A stretch of 62,428 nucleotides of DNA, counting the filler, from Bipalium vagum (taxonomy: Eukaryota), in the NCBI GenBank assembly GCA_037834085.1. It is 3 parts of 3 records of this genome, joined end to end, with 100 filler letters (N's around TTAATTAATTAA, not from the genome) between each part and the next. Parts side by side here need not be neighbours in the genome. Positions count along the whole stretch, not along the records: positions 1 to 21,833 come from JBBMKC010231289.1; 2 more parts are not named here. One strand, given 5' to 3'. Below are positions 1-13,079 of this stretch, one piece after another. The notes under the pieces were generated by a model. The model was not told the origin of the DNA. It did no database searches and was given only the letters and a program-made list of their open reading frames with translations. The translations under genes were made by a program, and so were the position numbers. The stretch's first letter is position 1, and each line of letters starts with the position of its first letter.

Positions 1-71
<71 letters not shown>
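1..71. repeat. (TTA)n microsatellite, truncated by window start
   Basis: Uninterrupted TTA units from base 1 to about 71. Confidence 0.97.
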
Positions 72-3000
72 GTTATCCATTTTGTGCTTCCTTTCATACT
101 AAAATATATTGAGGGGCATCTTTAGGCGAACCCAACAAAATTCTTATGAATGACCTACACACTTTCAAGTAATACATATTCCAAGTTTCCAAAAGTTACA
201 GGGTTTACTGGCGAAAATCAAACAATATTACATCTAATTTCATTTGTAAAAATCGTACGAATTTATTCTCTAACGAAAAAAATATTTAACTTTGTTTTCA
301 AAAAATAAATTATATAAAAGCTCTTCTTATTCTAGTACAAAGCTACAAAGCCTAATATTAGTGACTCTGTATTTCAAATCATTAAAATTTGAGACAATTT
401 TCACTTGAAAACTTTAATTAAAATAAGATAAATGTCTAAAATGGAAAGAAATAAATCTCTTGATGGAAATTTGACATAAAAAATATTTCAACCTGTATTT
501 CACTGTGCATTTGAAATGAAATATTTATTTTATTTTTAAATAGAAACGATTTAAACAAATAATATTTTTAAAATAAAAATTGATTTTATTTTGTATACCG
601 GAATATGAATACGCATTTTGTGTAACGAATAATTTAAATTTCATTCTATGAATTATTATTATTATTATTTTATAAATTCAATTTAAATCATATAAACAAG
701 GAAGAAAAAATAATATCATATCAAAGTTTATCATAAACAATTATAGGATAGTATTAAAGGTTTCATTACAAAATCGGAAGTGATGGGCTGTTTCCGATTA
801 TCACCAGAGTCTGGAAAAAGTTATTATATTTTATTATGTTTTAAGATAACAATAAATGTTTACAATACGACGAACAATAAAAGAAATTCTATCGTTCATT
901 GGTTTCCATTAATCATGGTTTTCTTGTTTTATTTAATAATGAAATATATTTCCAATCTCTTCCACTAAATCAAAGGAAAATGACTTGTGTTAATTTTATT
1001 TCATAAATGTTGGATTTTGTCATATTTGTCTATACTAAATACGATGGAACTCCAATAATTATGATTTATAGACAAAGTTTAGACGAATTTATTTTTATAT
1101 ATAATAGTTTTTTTTACAAAAATCCAAAGTTTAATTAATACTTGTCGGTTCTGTGTGATTTATTAGTTTAATTAATCCTAATGTAAAGATCAATTTTATA
1201 AGATAATTTTAGGATAAATATATTTTATTTTTTATTTAAATGAATTTTATTTTTTTTATTTTTATTTAAATGTTTTTTTCATTTAAATGTATTAATTTTG
1301 TTTTATATTTGTTTAGATATATACTCTGTATAATTTTATTTATATTTTTTTTATTGTATTTTTTAAATTTTTATTTAAATATATTTTATTTATCTGCTGT
1401 CTTATATTTTAAATAATATAAATATTATTAAATTTAATTATATTATATTGTGCAATATTGAATTAGTTTTTAAAATAATGTATAAATGTGCATTTTTGGA
1501 ACTAATTATAAATGTTGGAATATATTAAAAAATACTCCGAGCCAAAATAAAAACTCTAAATAACGAAAATAATATTTAAATGAAAAATATTCAAGAAATT
1601 TAAATATATTTATAATTAAAAATAAAAAAGTAATTTAATTTCATTGGGGTTTATAATTAATAACTAAATTAAAACTTTCCTATGTTTTAATGGTAATAGA
1701 GAATTCTGTTAGTTAAATGAGATCAATTAATAGAAGATATTATATTATTTTTATATTTTCCATAAGTGGGCCGAGCTGCTTTCATCTCATAAGTGAAAAA
1801 GTATAATAAATATTTCTGTTTCAACATGAATTGATTTGTTCAACGAAATTGTCGATGTTAGGGAAAATTGCAAACCTCTGTAAAAGTTAAATCAAACCAG
1901 TTGATTAAGCCACGGAAAGTGAAGATAGACATTTTTAAGAAGAATTTAGAATATTCTTTTATTAAATATATTATTATTATTTCTACTTAATTTATCATTT
2001 TAATTTCATTGAGTTATTATGAAGCTTATGAGGAATTTATAAATGAGCACAGTAAATGTAAATTTATTGAAATATACATTTTATCCAGGTTTCATGTGTA
2101 TTTTTAGCTTTTTTGTGTTCTTGATGAGCTAGCTATTGTTCATCATTAATGTCTATAGCAGAGTTTATAGAGCTGCCATATAAAGGGCTATAGTAATTCA
2201 CTCTTGATATAATAACACTCTTGGTTTTTCCTTAAGATATTAGTTTTATGGTTTCTCATTATCAAACTACAATTTCTTGGTTCATGAGTTTTACAGAAAT
2301 TAGCCTATTATTATTGATTATAATTATATTATAATTTGTATAAGTTACTAAAGTAGTAATCTAAGAAAACTGAGTTTATTTATAAGACAAAAAGAACCAA
2401 ATATATTTTGATTAGAATATTTTATAAAATTTATTTTTGGTGAAATAAATTTAAATCGTGTACATTATTTCCCTTGGAAACATTGCATTTAAAGTGACTG
2501 TTCTTATCGTAACCTCTCATTTAATATTAAGCTTAGCTTAATGAATATAAACTGTGTGCCAAAATTATCCCTCCACCTTGCAAAAGATTAATAAAAACCT
2601 TCATTTGATAGTTATACTGAATTTTTATTACCCCGGACATCAACATTATTTATATATAGGTAATATATGAATTTTATAAGCACGTGGATTTCTCTTATAG
2701 TATAAAATGGCTAACATTGCTTGCTGTGAGCTTAACAATTTTGAAAAGGACGAATTGTTGGCATGCTTGAAGCTGGATGCTGCACCCATGCTGTGCGGAG
2801 AACACAGAACTGTAGCATATTGGTGGAATATTATATATTATAAAAATAAATAATAATAGTTTAATATAAATCATTTTTCTAATCAAAATATTCTTCTTAA
2901 TATTAAATGAAGAATACTTTCAAACCTTGATTTTGATAAATTATAGAATATACTAAAATATCCTGATTGGTGTATAGATAGTCTTGTGATTAGTACTGTT

Positions 3001-3279
3001 TCGAATTTTTCTCTAAATAATTCATACACTAAAATTGTATGACATTTATTTTGACCTTTTTGATGCTGGACCTAAAAAATATTGAATGAGTTTTACATTA
3101 AATAAGGACTGAGAAATCAAAGATAAGCGTGTTACAAATGAAAAGCCTCACATAGGTTGCCCATATTATATGAAGATATCAGCCGTCATTTAACAGATAA
3201 TTCCCGAAATCCAGTCCGAAAACAAATGTTTATGAAAATACATCGAAAGATTCGTTAAAAAGGTAAGCACTGATGATCT

Positions 3280-3600
3280 AGACCTTCGTGCATATTGATG
3301 AAGAAAATACCATCGTTTCAATCTATGCCTGGTTAAAGTGAAAAATGAAAATCGAAGTGGCATATGCAGCCGTAAGCATCGCCAATCTTTTTTTCTGATT
3401 AGAAATAGTTCACAATGATCAATAATCGAATAAGCAGAATGACTGAAGAAATTCCCAGAAAGAAACTATCATTCAGTCATTGTATCTGTCATAGATAGAT
3501 AAGGTATCATAAGTCCAACATATAGATTCAATAATAATTAAAAATGAACATTGGGAGTCAACGGAACTCTGAATCAGATCATAAGTATACTGATTAATGC
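3280..3600 (+). mobile_element. Highly decayed non-LTR (LINE) AP-endonuclease relic
   Basis: Conceptual translation gives NTIVSIYAW (~3307-3333, like the APE 'isvYaP' motif) and SESDHKY (~3568-3588, like the terminal SDH motif). Broken by stops and frameshifts. Confidence 0.35.
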
Positions 3601-6039
3601 TTTCATTAATCCACAACAAGTGTCCTAGATCCCAGACCTAGATCCTTAAGATTACAAGATATGATTACTTTTTTGAAAACGTTCACTCTAAACGTCAAAC
3701 GAATTTCAAAAGGTTATATTTTAATCTAGTTAAAGCAGCCATTGATGATTGATCCTGTGTTAATACCAGAGATAACCATTTTGAGAGGAATATTGTACGA
3801 GATTTATCATCGTATATATTTATTTTTATTTCAATAATAAAGTCTATTTTAATTTCTTATGATATATTAAAGTTGGGACAGACTTTGCAACATCACATTA
3901 CGTAGGGTAATATGCTTAGGAATAGTAAAAATGCTGAAATGCCACAATGAATCTAAAATACTTAGATCGCCCAGAAAGTCTTGAGACTAATCATTTTAAT
4001 GATTAATATTACGCTTTTAATAATCTGTCGTTATAGTAACATATTTGTATGCAATTTAATATGATGATATTATGACTCGACAATAATTTAATTATTAATA
4101 ATTGCGGATTCGTTTGTTATTTTGTGTACAGAAAGAATGGAACCAAGTAAAAAATAGTGAAACTTCAAATCTAGTTATATTGATGTAGATCTGTTTGAAA
4201 AGATTTCTCGTCGAACCTTGGAGAAAGAAGCGAAACAGAACAAATTTAAACAGTTTAAATATATTTTTTGTTCAACGATAAAATTCAAGGAAACTGTGAA
4301 CCAGTTCATTTAAAATAAAATAAATAAAACGATATTGTAGACTTTTATTGAAGTTTGAAACTGACTTGAAACATTAAAGGATTAGTTGATGCCTTTTGGT
4401 AATTAACATAATGTCAATCAAGGAAGAATGAGAAAAATTCTCTGTGTTCCTCTTTTAAGAAATGAATGTATGAATACTAATTCAGGTCATAAAAAAGTTA
4501 TTTCATTAACGAATAATAATAATAAGTCTCTGCATTGGTTATTAGTTGAATGATATTATACTACACCTGGTATATAATAATAAATAATGAATAAAAGACT
4601 TTTAATGTTTTAATACTAAAGCCATATTGAAAATAACTAAAATAAAATTCTTTAATCTGGTTCCAGAATTGTCCTTGAATTTCGATCTTTCATAATAAAT
4701 GTTTTCCTGGCTGTCCTCTAATTGATAAAGCCATCATGAATATAACATTAACAAAATTTTACATTCCAAAACCAAAAATAACCTGGAAAACGTTCGCCAG
4801 AGAACGAGACAATGAAAGCCACCATTGATCTTTCAGAACAAATAGCCACAATAATAAAAAAATGTCATAAAAAATTTATTACTCGGAATTGATTCAAAAG
4901 TAAATTAAAAATTATTTTAAAGGCAAAGCTCATATTTTTCTTTGTAATATTATTTTATGTTAAATACCTGACTATCGAACAGAATAAGTCAGACACAATG
5001 GGAATTTTAATTAACAATATTTGATTAATTTTTACAATATTAATATAATTATTATTTATCATTATTACTATTACGTCAATGAGCCAGTAGTACAAATAGC
5101 CCTTCCCTCTCTCTCTATCGACGACGCATTACAGTCTCACTCTCTCTCTCCGTGATTTATTAGGAGGTCCGCAGCAGCTGGTGTCTTTCCTCTTGCAAAT
5201 TAACACTGAATCTTTGTTAATAACAGGACAAGTAGTAAATCAGTTTTTAAATGAATTCTGATAAATGTTTTCACATTTACTTTGAAAACCTCGTTGTGAA
5301 AAAAGAGGAAAATGTCAGAAAAACTCTCATTAATCTGTCGAACATTTAACATTTACTAAGAGACTTCAGATGGATATCGTCCATAGTTTAGGTGAATCGT
5401 TTAAAGATCGATCTTTTTATTTAAATCACCCCTTTTTATGCATCATATCATTGTGTTTATGATGTAGGACAACTTGTATTTAATTAAAAAAAGAAATATT
5501 TCATAAATAAATAATTTAAATAAATATTTAATTAATTTTAATAAAATATATCCTGATTTAAAATGGAATTATTAAAAAATAATTTTTATTTCAGCTATTA
5601 ATTATATTAATAAAATCAATAAACACAGTAATGTAAAAGCTTTAATAAATTAAAAAATTAATGAAATAATATTGCACTGTTTAATTTATTTTGTAATTTT
5701 ACTTAGAAATTACAAAATTTTAATTATTTATGAATTTCATAATATTGTTCAAAGATTAAACTTGTCACTTTTGGGCTCATTCCCAATATGAACGAAGTAA
5801 ATATTTAAAATTTTTCACAAAATCACTCATAAATTATTATCAAAATATACCTTCCAACTTGTACCATAATTATTAAATATAAACCTCAAAATAATTTTTA
5901 ATTCTCAAATAATAATACTTGTTTTCCTCTGGTGATATGGTTATTTAAGGTATTTAAGACAAATATATTATTGAATGAATAAAGTCAAATAATAACGAAA
6001 ACAATTTATTAACAAAACCAATAAGTCAATTATATAATT

Positions 6040-6240
6040 CCTGTCATTTTTAATTACCTGTCTCAAACGATCTGGCAACATTTGAATGGCTTTTTTGTAG
6101 AAGTCGATTGGTTAGTTATCGAAAAAAGCATTTACATGATTTTTGATACCTTTAATGATGTAATGAGCTAATAGTCTGATGGCTCCAGATCGGAAGAATA
6201 AGGAGGATATATTAGGAGAACCTAATTTAGGTCTTTTAGT
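6040..6240 (-). mobile_element. mariner transposase C-terminal relic
   Basis: Minus strand at ~6165-6207 reads PPYSSDLEPSDY*L, the mariner YSPDLAPSD motif. Confidence 0.65.
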
Positions 6241-7244
6241 TTTTAGAGTTCATGATTAAATTATAACTAAATAAATATTGCAGAGAAAGCATAAAATATT
6301 TAAAAATTGAATATATTAAATTAAAAAATTATTCACACCACTATATAAAGAAAAGTGTAAGAAATTTAAAAAATAAAGCAAAAATTTGAAAAAGTGATTT
6401 CTGGAAACCAATTCTGAAAAAAAATTGTAGCTTGGAATAATTACAGATCCAATTATAATTGTTTAAAATAATATTTTATTAAGAAGAACTCATCAATAAT
6501 TTTTGCCCGTGATGTCTAGTTTTATTTGAATATATGTAATTATAAACTGGGTGTTGTTTCGACTATCTAAAAGACCATTTATTATAAAGGTTTGCTGTAT
6601 CTTGTTTTTGTGATTTTTTATTTTATATTATTTGTTTTAATATGCCAATAGAAAATTCTAAAACAATAGACTTAAGAATAATGTTGTAAATAATAATAAT
6701 ATTATTGTAAAATTAATATTAAGAACAAATAAAATAATTCCGCTTTTATACAACGTGAAAATCAGTATTCAACCAGATTTGTATCTAATACATTTGTTTT
6801 AATAATAATCTTTTTTTAACTATATTTATTTTTACACATTATTATTATAAAGATAAATATTTTTTGTCAAGAATTTTTTATTTATACATATATAGAGAAA
6901 TGAAAAAATTAAATAAAAAATGTTTTTCACTATTTTATTATTATACAGGATTTTAGTTAAACATGGGACAAAAATTTAAGGAATTATTCCATGGATGTTT
7001 ATACATATAAACGTATCATAATGTCTTTTCAGTATGAATTCGTTTCAAACATACATGCATATTATGGATATTATCTTTATTATCATCAATCATATTAGCT
7101 ACGGCTATTTCATTTTTGATGTCTGAAATCATAAAAAATAAACACGCTTTCGAAATGTATTTCAAAACAACTTATCTGCCGACAACCGTATTATTTAAAC
7201 AAGAAATGATTTCGAATTGATTTTTTAAAAATATTATTAATAAT

Positions 7245-7264
7245 CCTCACATCCCCCTCCTTTA
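7245..7264 (-). other. Polypurine tract and TG start of the 3' LTR of the Gypsy element
   Basis: Minus strand reads AAAGGAGGGGGA then TGTGAGG, just downstream of the integrase C-terminus. Confidence 0.75.
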
Positions 7265-10140
7265 AGAAACTTCGTAATCTTTTCCACATTTCTTTGAATT
7301 ACTTTTCCTTTTCGAATTCGTAGTTCGTATCTCCGATCGTGTATCTTTCTTATGAACTGGAATGGACCTTCGAATCTGTCACTGTCTTTTGTTCTATTTT
7401 CGATCTTGACCAGTACTTCGTCATTGATGGGAAATTTTCTTCTTGTTCTCCCCTGACTTCTTTCGATTCCCGTTGTCTCCTCTGTCTCTGCTTCTCTGAT
7501 TCAACTGTCTCTATTGATTCTTCTTTCAAACACGATCTCGGCTGGACTGACTTCGATTACCTTCTGCACTGTAGCATTTAATACAAACTATCCCAATCGG
7601 TTACTTTTCTTTCTTTCATTGTTGAGTTTAAGAATTTACGAACCGTACGAAATTATCTTTCTATTACTCCATTGGCTTGGTGGTAATACGGGCTGGACAT
7701 GAAGATTCCAATTCCGGCTTTTTGGAGCGAGTTCTTGATCTTTCTTGATTCAAATGACCTGCCACAATCCACGTGGATTTCTTTTGGTGCTCCAAAACGT
7801 AGTATCCATTTATCTCTAATTGTATACCATATTGTATCTCCATCCTGTCTAGTCACCGCTGTTAGAGAAAAGTATCTGCTAAATTGATCAATAATTCCGT
7901 CTATTTACTTCTTCCAACACTGCGTTTCTTTCAGTGGACCACATATGTCGGCGAATATCTTCTCGAAAGGTTTCCTTGAAGATGGTCTTATTGTTTCTTC
8001 TTTCATGGCTGTCGTCACTGATTTGGTCTTTAGACACACTCCGTAAATCTAAACATATGTTCTCACTCTAGTACTCATCTCGTCCATTTCGCATCTGTCT
8101 TGTAGATATCTCAACGTCTTTTCTATTCCAGCATGACACAGTTGTTTATGTATCTCTTCGATCATTTCTTCACATCTATCCCTTGGTATCCATATTCGTC
8201 CGTTCCTAGTACGGACGACGTTATTAATTATGATAAATCTTGTATCTTGTCCTTTTGCAACTCTTTCCTTTATTTGTCTGATTTCATTGCTGTCATGCTG
8301 CCATTTATGATCTTCGTTTGTCGTTATTGTGAGTACCTGTATCTTTATTTTTTCGGTTTTTGCCTCTTCGTGCACCATTTGGCAATGTGAAAATATTCCA
8401 CATTTTAACGTTGACATAGCGCCTTTATTCAAATGACTGGCTCCTTGTCGGTATTCTAGTTGCATGTCTAAGCCGCTTAAATAATTTATCCAAGTCTGGA
8501 ATTGTGGAGTGATCGGTTTTTTTGACGTGATCATGAATGTAATGACTTTCTGATCTGTCCTTAATATGAATCTTTTATCATAAAGATAGTGCTTGAAATG
8601 ATTGCAAAAATAGTAAATTGATAAGAGCTTTTTACGGGTCCTGTTGATTCGATTCTCATCAGCACTTCATTTAAGCCTTCAGAGTGCATTAGAATGTCAT
8701 CTAGATACACGACAGCTCCTCTTATGCCGCCAAGGATTTTTGTCATCAATTCTTGGAATGTACCTGGTGCTGCAGCGATTCCGAACGACATGCGATTGAA
8801 CAAAACTGTCCTGCTTTCGTCGAAAATGCTGTCTTCTCCTTCTAATTTTTATTCAATTCCACCTGATAGTAAGCCTGTCCAAGGTCGATAGAGCTGAAAT
8901 AAACGGCTTCATTAAGTTGTCTAACATTTCGGAATAGGGAAGGCCTGTCTTTCCGTTACCAGCTTTAGTCGTCGAAAATCTAGACAAAATCTAATGTCCT
9001 TCTTTTCTTTCTTCCACACTTATATCAGTGGTGTATTCCAGGCCGAGTTGCATTTTTTAATGATGTTATTCATATATAAATTTTCAATGGCTTCATTAAT
9101 CTTGCCTTCAATATGAATAGGCTGCATCCATGGCTTAACATTTATTATGTCTCCTCTTGTAACTATTCTATGCTTAAGTAGACTGGTGCACCCGACATCC
9201 CATTTATCTGCCATAAATGCATCCTTTTTCTAATTACTTCACCCAGTCTAGATCCCTCCGTCACGTTTAGAGATCTCAAAGCTTTTCGAAATCTCTCTTC
9301 CTTGTGAACCGTTCTTGCAAATTTTGCTTCGATATCGAACATGTGAAAGCTTTCATCCTCCACGGTAGTTCGGATCAGCTCGAATCTAATTTTTTTCTGC
9401 AGCTCTATGTCTTTAATGATATTCGGTGTTATTTTATCTACAATTATAAAATTTATAATTCTGCTAATATTCCCCAATCGTACTTCTCTTTCTATTGTTC
9501 CTTTCACCTTAATTTTGCTATCTTTCGTACACCGTAAATTTTCATTACATCTAACTAGATTTATACCTCCCAGTTCTTCCAATGTCTTCATATTATAACA
9601 TTTACTCTCGTTCCAGTGTCTAGCAGGCATTTAATATTTTTATCTTGTATTGTCAATGTTACACTTGACTTTCCTTGCATTTTATCAAATGATATTCCCT
9701 CTTGTTGGTATTCTTCAATTGTCATCAGTCTTTGATCTTCAGCATGCTCTTCTCTTTGTTCCTTATCTGGAGATTTTTTCTTCAAAAATCTGATAGTTTT
9801 TTCCTCATGAATATATTCCGCCTTGTTTATACCCAACCTCTCTTCCACATTCCTACCATCTGCCAACGCATATCCGTTTCCTCATCTTCCGTTTTCTCCA
9901 TTTCCTCTTCTTCTTCATCCGCTAACGTACGGGAGTAAACATTTCTGTTTAATAGACCTCTCCGACTACCTCCATTTCTGTCGAGGCCGAGCCATTTTAG
10001 TGGCCTATGTGGTTGAGTCTCTCTGTCATATCTTCATCCTCCATTCCTCTAGTGGGTCCAACATATTAATTATCTTGTGCTATGTTCATTGTATTGACAT
10101 ACCTTCCCTGTCCCTGAAGTTCAATTTCCATAAGTCTTCT
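7252..10140 (-). mobile_element. Decayed Ty3/Gypsy LTR retrotransposon (gag remnant plus pol in PR-RT-RNaseH-IN order)
   Basis: Protease CLLDTGTRVNVI (ORF 9588-9866). RT SAWNTPLI, RFCLDFRRL, RMSFGIAAAPGTFQ, VVYLDDIL. RNase H TRKKLLSIYYFCNHFKHYL..TDQK. Integrase zinc finger HKQLCHAGIEKT and core ADICGPL, FGAPKEIHVDCGRSFES, SSPYYHQANGVIER. Many stops and frameshifts. Confidence 0.95.
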
Positions 10141-10169
10141 TATATTTTCATAAAACAGTAGCATAAATT

Positions 10170-10600
10170 GAAGATGAGTTAAGGAATCGGAAAGTCAATG
10201 GATACAATTTTATACAAGAAACGTCGAGCATGTTGTTAAATGATATGAAATGTTGATTTCTGAGAGTTCATGTGGCACCCACTTTCCGATCTTCTGAATT
10301 TTTCCTAATGAATGTAACTGTCTGCTAACAGCTACTTGGGCCACTCAAAGCTGTATTGCAAGTTCTTCTTGTGTTTGGACAGTATTCTCACAAAGTAGTT
10401 CTTCTAATCTCTCAGGGTGCTATATTCGTGGAGCCCCGGTTCGTGATAGATTTTTTACATCAAAATTTCTGTCTTTAAATCCAATATCTAATTTTAATTA
10501 ATTTTTTAATTTAATTTTAATTCCAATATTTATATGTAATATACGAAATGGCCTTCTCTCCTAGAACAGAGAATATGGATTGAGTTGCTGCAAGAGCACT
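10170..10600 (-). mobile_element. mariner transposase N-terminal relic abutting the Gypsy 5' end
   Basis: Minus strand reads QEELAIQL*VAQVAVSRQLHSLGK/QKIGKWVPHELSEIN, with an intact WVPHEL motif at ~10263-10281. Confidence 0.85.
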
Positions 10601-11399
10601 TTTTTCTTGTTGAAATTCATATCTAATTTCAGGGCAATAGTATATATTTCGGTCACTCGTTTCTAAATCTAAATTTTTTAATATTCTATAACAGTTAACG
10701 TGAAATATTTATTTTTTCAATAAATATAAAATATAAATTCTCGAAATTTAAATTAACGGGATATTTTGATTATTTGTTGATTTATTTAAACAATGATTGA
10801 AAACATGGTTTAATACTTATACATACACCTAATAATAATAAAAAGTCTATTTTCAGGCTTTATATATTTATACAGAACGTTACTCTGGATAATAATGTAT
10901 CAACGTTTTACGATATACAAATCAATATTATTTGAAAAACATTAAAAATTTACATTCAAAGATGAAGTGCAGCTGAATGTCTAATACTTTTTAAAATATT
11001 TAATTAATATGAAAAATTATTATTTTCAAACATATTTAAAAACAAATGTGTATTATTCTGCGAAGAAAAATCCGGTCTACGAGCAAAATTATAAAAACAT
11101 AATAAAAAAGTAAAAATACAAGATGCAAGAAACAAAAGCAATTATTCTGATTAAGTTAAAGAGGAATAAATAAAAATATATACAACGAAATGAAGAAATC
11201 AAACAGTGAAAGGGAAATACTTTTCAATTATTAATATCGAATTTATTCATTTATTGATTTAATTAATTTTTCATTTTCTTATTTTCAATATTTTAAATTG
11301 ATTTATTTCAAATATATTAAAAATTACTCCAAATTACTAACCGTGTGGTGAGGACAATAGGTCCTTAGACTCTTACAGAAATATAAATGATACTAAGAT

Positions 11400-11950
11400 G
11401 AAACTTTTATTTTCAAAAAATGAGCTATGCAGGTGAATGTACTGAATCATTTTTCTGTGCAAACGCTTTCTACTCTTAGGCCCTTCGTCCACCGATTTAC
11501 TAATGAAAATGTACCACTTTCGAAAAAAGATACATCATTTTCATTGAGAAAATCTTGAATTAGTCTTATGAGATTTTCTTTGAAAGGTATTAATCAAGAA
11601 GAAATTACTAGATATCAAATAAAGACTATAACGGTGGGTGTGAAACCAGTTCGAAGCCTTTTCCAGTGATTTCATACATGTGTTTAATTGTAACTAGAAG
11701 CGTTGTCATGGATAAGATAGACCCTTAGATTCTTCGACTTTCTCACAGCACTAACAAGTTCACAGTACTAGTTCGATATAATGATTTTCGGTGTAACATC
11801 GACCTGGATTATAAAAAACATTGTATCCCGAAACACATGTAATATTTCAGATGATATGTCTTCGAACGAAATATTTTACTGGGTTTTTCTTTTGAAAAAA
11901 ACCATTCATGAGACTCAAGCTTGATGTATGAAACAAAAAACATAATAACT
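11400..11950 (-). mobile_element. Decayed mariner relic
   Basis: Minus strand VYLIHDNAS at ~11695-11722 (second catalytic D motif HDNA). The rest is heavily decayed. Confidence 0.45.
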
Positions 11951-13079
11951 TTAATTTTGCCTTTGTACCTATTTCGGTTTTGAATTCAAGGGGAATTTAA
12001 AATTAAATTTATGAAAAATTAACATATGTATCACAGCTATTATTAATATGATAACGGTCGGGGGTGTCAGTTCTTAATAAAATAAAATTTTGAATTCATA
12101 TATCTTAAAATTAATATTATATCTTAATAGTAACCGATGTATTTGAAAAAATATCAATAATAATTGTGATGTATTAATTAATAAATATTAAATATACAAT
12201 GTAAGCAAAATAAGTTTTAAAATGAATTTATTTAAGTTATTTTAAATCTTTGATTAAAATTTAAATATAATTTACATTTTTTATATAAATAAAGTTGAAA
12301 CTGCAAAACGTAAATTTTATTTTTTGTTATTTCGCTTTTGTATGATGATCAACAATGTATTAAATTAACAACGATGATTAAAACAATGTATTTAACAGTT
12401 ACTTAGCAGAAAAATATTTTTAATATTTTTAATTAATTAACAAAAAATTGTGAAAAAAACTTGACTTTTATCATGGCAAATCAATCTGTAACCAAGTCCT
12501 TAATTTTATATATTTAAAAAATATTATTTATAAAATTTAATAATAATAATATTAATAATTATATTAAATTTTAAAAATGAAAAATGTGAAATATGCAAAA
12601 TTGACTCTAGACTACTTCAAATTTAAATAATTTTTTCAAATTTTTACATCATTTATTACGTTTTCCAAAATTTTAATGAATATAAATAGATTTTTACAAA
12701 AAACAATAAAAATATTTTTTTTTTGGGACATTTTTTTCAACTATTTATTCGAGTTTTATCTTCAACTTTAAATCCACCCTGATTTTGATATAACCTTAAT
12801 TATCAGTTGACGGAAGAATGAGTTTTCGGTTTCCAAATAATGACTGCAACTGGCATAGCGGTCCGTGTTTTAGTGATCCTGGACCAGAATACATCACTTC
12901 AACAACAGATAGAAATTTAGAGTTACAGTGCTACATATTCAATTCAAATTTTTCACAGATTATTGTTAGTTCATTTTATTTTTAATAAATTATAAAGAAA
13001 TTTAATAAAATTATTGTTTTTTTATTATTTAATTATATATTTTAAAATTTTAGAATTATTATTATTTTGTGACATCTGC

